From contig CAYPSO010000008.1 in NCBI GenBank assembly GCA_964413275.1, positions 4,565-68,564 on the forward strand: a stretch of 64,000 nt of DNA, written 5' to 3'. This DNA is from an uncultured bacterium (GTDB lineage Bacteria > Cyanobacteriota > Cyanobacteriia > Cyanobacteriales > JAABRE01). The translations under genes and the position numbers were made by a program. The notes under the pieces are model-generated. The model searched no databases and was not told the DNA's origin. It saw only the letters and a list, made by a program, of their open reading frames with translations. This document shows, one piece after another, positions 58,135 through 64,000 of this stretch. Position 1 is the stretch's first letter; the number at the start of each line of letters is the position of its first letter.

Positions 58135-58714
58135 TATGAAAATCTACTTTATCATAAATATCAATTAAGGAAATTTCAAAATTAATTTTCTCAAAAATAA
58201 TTAAATCTTTTTCTGTATTATATTCTCTAAATAACCATTGATTTTTATCGGTTCTACTATAATGATCTATTTGCAATTTATATTGATCGATTAACAAATA
58301 TTCACAAAAATTTTCTATACTACGATAAGCAGAAAATTTCTGATCTTTGTCATAACTACGGGTAGATTTAGATAAAACTTCAATGATAATATAAGCATTA
58401 ATTAAAGTATCTTTTCTTCCTTCTTGAAATTGTAAGTCATCTTTAATAATCATAATATCGGGATAGGTATAAATTTCATAATTAGGTATCCAGAGACGTT
58501 GATCGGCAACAAATACTTGAAAAGGTTGTTTTTTAAGGGCAAAATTTAATGCCGCATACAAGTTTCCAGCTATTTTATTATGATTAGGTGTACCCCCTGT
58601 CATTTTAATAATTTCTCCTTTAATATATTCATGACGATCATTACTATTAATTTCTAAATCAAAATATTCATTAATAGTATAAATTTTGGTTTTGTCTAAG
58701 ATTGCTTTTGTCAT
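58127..58714 (-). CDS. Uma2 family endonuclease-like protein embedded in the defence-type operon
   Basis: 195 aa; HEYIKGEIIKMTGGTPNH, YPDIMII, IIIEVLSKST, K..AY. A different subfamily from the other four copies. Confidence 0.8.
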   Translation of the reverse strand: MTKAILDKTKIYTINEYFDLEINSNDRHEYIKGEIIKMTGGTPNHNKIAGNLYAALNFALKKQPFQVFVADQRLWIPNYEIYTYPDIMIIKDDLQFQEGRKDTLINAYIIIEVLSKSTRSYDKDQKFSAYRSIENFCEYLLIDQYKLQIDHYSRTDKNQWLFREYNTEKDLIIFEKINFEISLIDIYDKVDFHNE

Positions 58715-58787
58715 AATTATTAACCTTTATTTTATAAGTTTTCCCATTAAAAGATAACTTTAGTATAACTTAATTATAGTCAATCTT

Positions 58788-58855
58788 GTAGGGTGGGCAA
58801 AGCTTCCACAAATTATAAAATTAAGACTAAAATTATTTTTGCTTTGCCACCTTAC
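58788..58855. mobile_element. MITE-like element, family A (GTAGGGTGGGCAAAG...CTTTGCCACCTTAC)
   Basis: Its end abuts (1 nt) the stop codon 58856-58858 of the ATPase fragment. Confidence 0.65.
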
Positions 58856-60059
58856 TTATTCTAAATATTGTGTTAATTTGTCATATAATTTTTGTTTTCT
58901 TTCAAGGGGAAGTTGATTAAATAAAGTAATAATTTGATTCTCTTCACTTTCAGTTTGAATCCTTATACATTGAGTTTGAACTTTGTCTAATAGATTTTTC
59001 TCTGAATCACTTAAATAATTAATATGTACTGATTTATATTTATTAATACTTTTAAGCAAATTATCTACTAAATTAAGTTTTTCATCTTCTATTTGTTGCT
59101 CAATTTTAGTGAAGTTTTCGTTTAAATCATCTAACCATAATTTAGCATTAGCTTTATTTTTGTTTTCAATAGTTTCAATTTTTAAAGTTGGTAAAATATT
59201 ATCTGTAACTTCCACTTCATCTAGAAATTTTCGTAGAGAAAAAGGTTCGTCAGAAGTTAAAAAAGTAAATAAAGAGCGATCGTTTTGAGCGTAACGATAA
59301 CACAAAGTTGGTAATACTAAAGCTGTTAAAGGATGGAGGGGATAAACTTGTTCTAAAATGCTTTTATCAATTTCTTCTGCTATTAAAATAGGCCGTAATT
59401 TTTCATACCATTCTTGAGCATAATTATTAATTCGACAAGCAATAACTTCGGATTTAGTGCGATCGATTGCTTGTCCCATCAAACGCATCATTTGTCCGGT
59501 AGATTCAGTAAAAGGAATATCCTCAAATCTGCCTTGAATTTTTGCCCATTCATTGCGCTGTACTGTTGCTAATCTTTGTCCGTATTCGGTAAAAGCTTGA
59601 TGTAAAATACCTAAAATATAAACAATTATCTATACCGATAATCAAAGCTCTAATAATAGTATAACTAATTGCTTCTCTTTGTCCTGTTGCGATCGCTCTC
59701 AATCAACCTTGTTCTGGTATATTTTTTACCAAGGCTTGGTAATCATCATTTTCCAAGCTTAAAGTAGTTTCTGTAATGGTTAAAGCTTGTTGTTTAATTA
59801 ATTTTATTTGGGGAGCTAATAAAGATATAAAATAATGGGCAAAAGCAGATTTTCCCGTACCATAAACTCCCGTTAAAGTCCAGCAATTATTACTATTTTT
59901 ATTATTAAAACTTGTTAAAATTCGACGCAAAGTATCAAGAGCTTTTTCGGTGAGAATATACCCATCTAAAGCAGAACTATTATCTAAATCTCTTTCCAAA
60001 TTAATAGAGCGAGTATAACGACGTTCTAAACTAACATAATGAGACAATTTATAATTCAT
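58856..60059 (-). pseudogene. degraded P-loop NTPase of the BrxC/PglY/SspC-like (DUF499-like) type
   Basis: The N-terminal ORF has Walker A TGVYGTGKS and ends at an in-frame TGA (59703-59705). Reading continues LRAIATGQREAISYTII... to a frame break near 59608-59624. Then comes LGILHQAFTEYGQRLATVQRNEWAKIQGRFEDIPF and the 211-aa ORF with YPLHPLT...AQNDRSLFTFL. No Walker B segment was seen. Confidence 0.65.
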
Positions 60060-60105
60060 AATAAAAAAAACTAAGATATTTTCTCTATCTATAATACCTT
60101 AATCT

Positions 60106-60125
60106 GTAGGGTGGGCAATGCCCAC
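60106..60125. repeat. short hairpin form of MITE family A (GTAGGGTGGGCAATGCCCAC)
   Basis: Lies between the DUF4007 stop and the ATPase start. Confidence 0.65.
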
Positions 60126-60207
60126 AAATTTTTAATTCCAAAATTATTTTTTAATAATCAATTAATAATGAATCTTCTTAATATTTATTAGGTAATATTA
60201 CATCAGT

Positions 60208-61131
60208 CTAACTAACTTTATAATAATTATTAATAATTTCTAAAGCTAATTTTTCTGGTTGCTCTGGAAAAGATAATTGAATCAAACCTGCGCTATCAGA
60301 TAAAACAATAGATTTGTATTTTTTAGTAACAATTTCAATTGCTTCGTAAAGAGCATTTTCTGATAATTTAAAAACTACTCCGGGGCTACTTACATCATAT
60401 AATAAACGAGAAATACTAATAGTTTTTTCACTTTCTCGTATCCAGCTTGCATATTCTAAACAAGTGGCAACAATAATTTCTGAAGGTAAATCAGTTTTTG
60501 CACCAACTCGAAAACGATAATTAGAAGAGCTACGAACTTGATAAATTAAACCTAAATCTACAAAAGGACAATCAATAGAATCTTCCAAAATATTACCTTG
60601 TTTATCTTCAGATTGTACATACATTCGTAAAATACAGCTTAAATCTTTATTCAGAGAAGATTCAGCTACAGTTTTGTTAATCTCATCATGGTATTGATAT
60701 TCTTTTAATCCTTGAAAAATATTTTCACGGGAAAATTCAACTCGATTGAAACGATTAAAAACATAATACCATGCAGCAGCAGTACAAGTTGGCTTAAGCA
60801 AATTCCAATGTAATAACCATAAAGAAGCAGGATTTTCTAAATACTCATCCCAACCATTTTCACCTAATAAATTTCTGCCAAATTCTGAGGGGGTATCGTC
60901 ATCTTTAGTAATCTTAAAAGCATTGCACCAATAACGTATTGCTCGCACCATATTTTTCCCTACACCTAATTTTACAGGTGCATCGATCGCAAGAAAAATA
61001 CTAGAATCTAAATTAGCAGCATCAAAACCTTTTTTTAACCATCCCCAACGAGGATGAAAAGTTTCATGACGAGCAAAAATTGGATTAACGGGATTTGCTA
61101 ATATATTTAATTCAAGGGTTTTTTGAGACAT
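60208..61131 (-). CDS. DUF4007 family protein (SspB-like)
   Basis: 307 aa; FARHETFHPRWGWLKKGFDA and KLGVGKNMVRAIRYWCNAF match the DUF4007 N-terminal signature as I remember it. Confidence 0.65.
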   Translation of the reverse strand: MSQKTLELNILANPVNPIFARHETFHPRWGWLKKGFDAANLDSSIFLAIDAPVKLGVGKNMVRAIRYWCNAFKITKDDDTPSEFGRNLLGENGWDEYLENPASLWLLHWNLLKPTCTAAAWYYVFNRFNRVEFSRENIFQGLKEYQYHDEINKTVAESSLNKDLSCILRMYVQSEDKQGNILEDSIDCPFVDLGLIYQVRSSSNYRFRVGAKTDLPSEIIVATCLEYASWIRESEKTISISRLLYDVSSPGVVFKLSENALYEAIEIVTKKYKSIVLSDSAGLIQLSFPEQPEKLALEIINNYYKVS

Positions 61132-61222
61132 AAAAATATTATTTTTTTAAATCATTATATTTTATTACTTTAAAATATAATATAAAAATAGATAAAATTA
61201 ACTATATTATATAGATCGAATT

Positions 61223-61474
61223 ATGCAAAATATAAATTATCACGATCTAAAGGAAAATTTGCCAGCACTTATAGAACAAATTGCTCATCAACATGAACCT
61301 TTATGTCTCGAATTACCTAATTCACTTAAAGCAATAATACTCTCGGAAGAAGATTATAGTAGTTTAATGGAAACTTTATATCTATTGACTAATCCAGTAA
61401 ATGTAGAAATATTACTAAAAGCTGCTAATCGTTATATCAGTGAAGCTATTGAGTGGCAAGAAGTTAAAAATTAA
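61223..61474 (+). CDS. Phd/YefM-family antitoxin, no adjacent toxin gene
   Basis: 83 aa; INYHDLKENLPALIEQI...AIILSEEDYSSLMETLYLL. Only 86 nt separate it from uvrB. Confidence 0.7.
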   Translation: MQNINYHDLKENLPALIEQIAHQHEPLCLELPNSLKAIILSEEDYSSLMETLYLLTNPVNVEILLKAANRYISEAIEWQEVKN

Positions 61475-61560
61475 TTAGATTTATAAGACAATTTTTGTTA
61501 GAATCGTCAATAAAAAATTTATTCCAGATAATAATTAACTAAATTAAACGTAACTAATTT

Positions 61561-63558
61561 ATGAGTTTATTTAATTTACAAGCTCCTTTTAAACCTACAG
61601 GAGATCAACCAAAAGCGATCGCACAATTAATTAAATCTTTAGGAGCAAAAAACCGTTTTCAAACCTTACTCGGTGCTACGGGTACAGGTAAAACTTTTAC
61701 CATTGCTTCGGTTATTGAAAAATATAATAAACCTACTTTAGTTTTAGCCCATAATAAAACTTTAGCAGCTCAATTATGTAATGAATTAAGACAATTTTTT
61801 CCCCATAATGCCGTGGAATATTTTATTAGTTATTATGACTATTATCAACCAGAAGCATATATTCCTGTTACTGATACTTATATCGAAAAAACATCATCAA
61901 TAAATGACGAAATAGATATGCTACGACATTCTGCCACTCGTTCTTTATTTGAGCGCAAAGATGTAATTGTGGTTGCTTCTATTAGTTGTATTTACGGTTT
62001 AGGAATGCCGGTAGAATATTTAAAAGCGGCAGTCAATTTAGAAATAGGTAAAGAAATTAACCAACGGGAATTATTAAAGCAATTAGTTACTGTTCAATAT
62101 CATAGAAATGATACTCAATTATCGAGAGGAAATTTTAGGGTTAGAGGTGATATTTTAGAGATAGTTCCTGCCTATGAAGATCGGGTAATTAGAATAGAAT
62201 TTTTTGGCGATGAAATTGAGGCAATTCGCTATCTCGATCCAGTTACAGGAGAGTTATTAAATAATTTAGATTGTGTTAATATTTATCCTGCTCGTCACTT
62301 TGTTACCCCTGACGAGCAATTAGAATATGCATTAATAAATATCAAGGAAGAATTAGGAGAAAGATTAGCAGAATTTAATAATCAAGGTAAATTAGTTGAA
62401 GCCCAAAGATTGGAACAACGAACTCGTTATGATTTAGAACTTTTGCAGGAAATAGGTTACTGTAATGGGGTAGAAAATTACTCCCGTCATTTAGCACGAA
62501 GAGAAGCGGGAGCACCTCCAGATTGTTTAGTAGATTATTTTCCTCAAGACTGGTTACTTGTAGTAGATGAATCCCATGTTACTGTACCTCAAATTAGGGG
62601 AATGTATAACGGAGATCAAGCCAGAAAAAAAGTATTAATCGATCATGGTTTTAGGTTGCCTAGTGCTGCGGATAATCGCCCTTTAAAAGCTGAAGAATTT
62701 TGGCAAAAAGTTAATCAATGTGTTTTTCTATCTGCTACTCCTAGTAAATGGGAAATTGAACAATCAAATGGACAAATTATCGAACAAATAATTAGACCAA
62801 CAGGAGTAGTTGACCCAAAAATAAATGTCAAGCCAACTGAGGGGCAAGTTGATGATTTATTAGGAGAAATTAAAGATAGAATTAAACGGAAAGAAAGGGT
62901 TTTAATTACTACTTTAACTAAACTCATGGCAGAAGATTTAACTAATTATTTTCAAGAGCGAGGAATTAAGGTACAGTATTTACATTCTGAGATTCAATCT
63001 ATTCAAAGAATTGAGATTTTACAAGCCTTAAGAGAAGGTGAGTTTGATGTTTTAATTGGAGTAAATTTATTAAGGGAAGGTTTAGATTTACCCGAAGTAT
63101 CTTTAGTGGTAATTATGGATGCTGATAAGGAAGGTTTTTTGCGATCGGAAAGTGCTATTATTCAGACAATTGGTAGGGCCGCACGTCATATAAAAGGGGA
63201 AGCTATTTTATATGCAGATAATTTAACAGATAGTATGAGTAGGGCGATCGCAGAAACAGAAAGAAGGCGTAATATTCAGTTACAATATAATCAGAAACAT
63301 GGTATAATTCCACAACAAATAATTAAAAAATCTAATAATGCAATTCTTTCGTTTTTAGATATTTCTAGGCGTTTAAATAATCAGGAATTAGAAACAGTTT
63401 ATCAACAATCAAATGATTTACCTTTAGAAAAAATACCTGAGTTAATCCAACAATTAGAAGCACAAATGAAGGAAGCTGCTAAAAAGTTAGAATTTGAAGA
63501 AGCTGCTAAATATAGAGATAGAGTTAAAAAGTTAAGAGACAAGTTATTAGGTCATTAA
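61561..63558 (+). CDS. uvrB: excinuclease ABC subunit B
   Basis: 665 aa. Walker [14 protein letters not shown] box, helicase C-terminal motifs, UVR domain [12 protein letters not shown]. Confidence 0.97.
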   Translation: MSLFNLQAPFKPTGDQPKAIAQLIKSLGAKNRFQTLLGATGTGKTFTIASVIEKYNKPTLVLAHNKTLAAQLCNELRQFFPHNAVEYFISYYDYYQPEAYIPVTDTYIEKTSSINDEIDMLRHSATRSLFERKDVIVVASISCIYGLGMPVEYLKAAVNLEIGKEINQRELLKQLVTVQYHRNDTQLSRGNFRVRGDILEIVPAYEDRVIRIEFFGDEIEAIRYLDPVTGELLNNLDCVNIYPARHFVTPDEQLEYALINIKEELGERLAEFNNQGKLVEAQRLEQRTRYDLELLQEIGYCNGVENYSRHLARREAGAPPDCLVDYFPQDWLLVVDESHVTVPQIRGMYNGDQARKKVLIDHGFRLPSAADNRPLKAEEFWQKVNQCVFLSATPSKWEIEQSNGQIIEQIIRPTGVVDPKINVKPTEGQVDDLLGEIKDRIKRKERVLITTLTKLMAEDLTNYFQERGIKVQYLHSEIQSIQRIEILQALREGEFDVLIGVNLLREGLDLPEVSLVVIMDADKEGFLRSESAIIQTIGRAARHIKGEAILYADNLTDSMSRAIAETERRRNIQLQYNQKHGIIPQQIIKKSNNAILSFLDISRRLNNQELETVYQQSNDLPLEKIPELIQQLEAQMKEAAKKLEFEEAAKYRDRVKKLRDKLLGH

Positions 63559-63643
63559 TAATAATTAGAGGTTTCAAGATGAATATTTTCTTTTCTATTA
63601 ATCACAGAAAAATAGAAGAGATAGTATGTTATTTTTCTTTGGT

Positions 63644-63898
63644 TTAATAATGATAACGACACTGCACAATAATAATTTGTTCGTCTAAAACTTGATAAAT
63701 TAAACGGTGTTCCTGATTTATACGTCTTGACCATAATCCAGAAAAATCAAATTTTAGTGGTTCTGGTTTGCCGATACCTTCAAAAGGATTTGTTTGTATA
63801 TCTTTGATTAATTGATTAATTCGTTTTAAAGTTTTTTTGTCTTGATTTTGCCAATATATGTAATCTGCCCAACCATCCTCTAAAAATACAATCTTCAT
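63644..63898 (-). CDS. yoeB: YoeB/Txe-family toxin
   Basis: Start taken at MKIVFLEDGWADYIYW. Ends RINQEHRLIYQV...IIIVQCRYHY. Confidence 0.85.
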   Translation of the reverse strand: MKIVFLEDGWADYIYWQNQDKKTLKRINQLIKDIQTNPFEGIGKPEPLKFDFSGLWSRRINQEHRLIYQVLDEQIIIVQCRYHY

Positions 63899-63902
63899 TA
63901 AT

Positions 63903-64000
63903 TTATTCGTCTTCAATTAAATTATGTTGTTCGTATTGACCTTGTTTTAATTCGTCTAAGGCTTTATAAAGACGTTGAGCATTTTTAGGACTTCGTAATA
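63903..64000 (-). CDS. yefM: YefM-family antitoxin, 3' part (gene runs off the right edge)
   Basis: The minus-strand frame reads ...RSPKNAQRLYKALDELKQGQYEQHNLIEDE-stop (TAA 63903-63905), 4 nt upstream of the yoeB start. Confidence 0.6.
   Translation of the reverse strand, partial: LRSPKNAQRLYKALDELKQGQYEQHNLIEDE

Overview
This is a 64-kb chromosomal window from an AT-rich cyanobacterium. That origin is inferred from frequent HIP1 octamers GCGATCGC (e.g. 2263-2270, 6923-6930, 11584-11591, 12561-12568) and from chlP, chlI, chlG, hemB, a petC paralog, petP and a psbA remnant. A unicellular Cyanobacterium/Geminocystis-like source is only a guess. Roughly two thirds is ordinary housekeeping: gltX, hypF-hypC, alpha-amylase, Mla/Lpt-type envelope ABC genes, polysaccharide ABC exporter, uppS, murE, uvrB and glycosyltransferases. 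The accessory content falls into four groups. (i) A 50.6-64 kb island holds a CHAT-Macro fusion protein, a NifS/IscS-type desulfurase, three toxin-antitoxin modules, and a decayed Ssp/BREX-type-4-like cluster. That cluster consists of DUF4007, a broken P-loop ATPase, an embedded Uma2 nuclease gene, a 420-aa orphan and a TIGR02688/BrxL-like AAA+. (ii) There are five Uma2 (DUF820) nuclease-like genes, including a recent tandem pair next to a membrane Ser/Thr kinase. (iii) Gene remnants include a truncated D1-prime-type psbA, TrxR-like and MBL fragments, ISL3 transposase and methyltransferase fragments, and hicB with an in-frame stop. (iv) Small repeats are dense: phased heptanucleotide (STRR-like) arrays fill intergenic spacers, and there are at least three MITE-like inverted-repeat families. 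I found no rRNA, tRNA or CRISPR array by eye. The best candidate for an undescribed system is the translationally coupled Uma2 / 420-aa / AAA+ trio at 55.4-58.7 kb in its DUF4007-ATPase context. The CHAT-Macro protein is second. All family assignments come from motif recognition without database searches.
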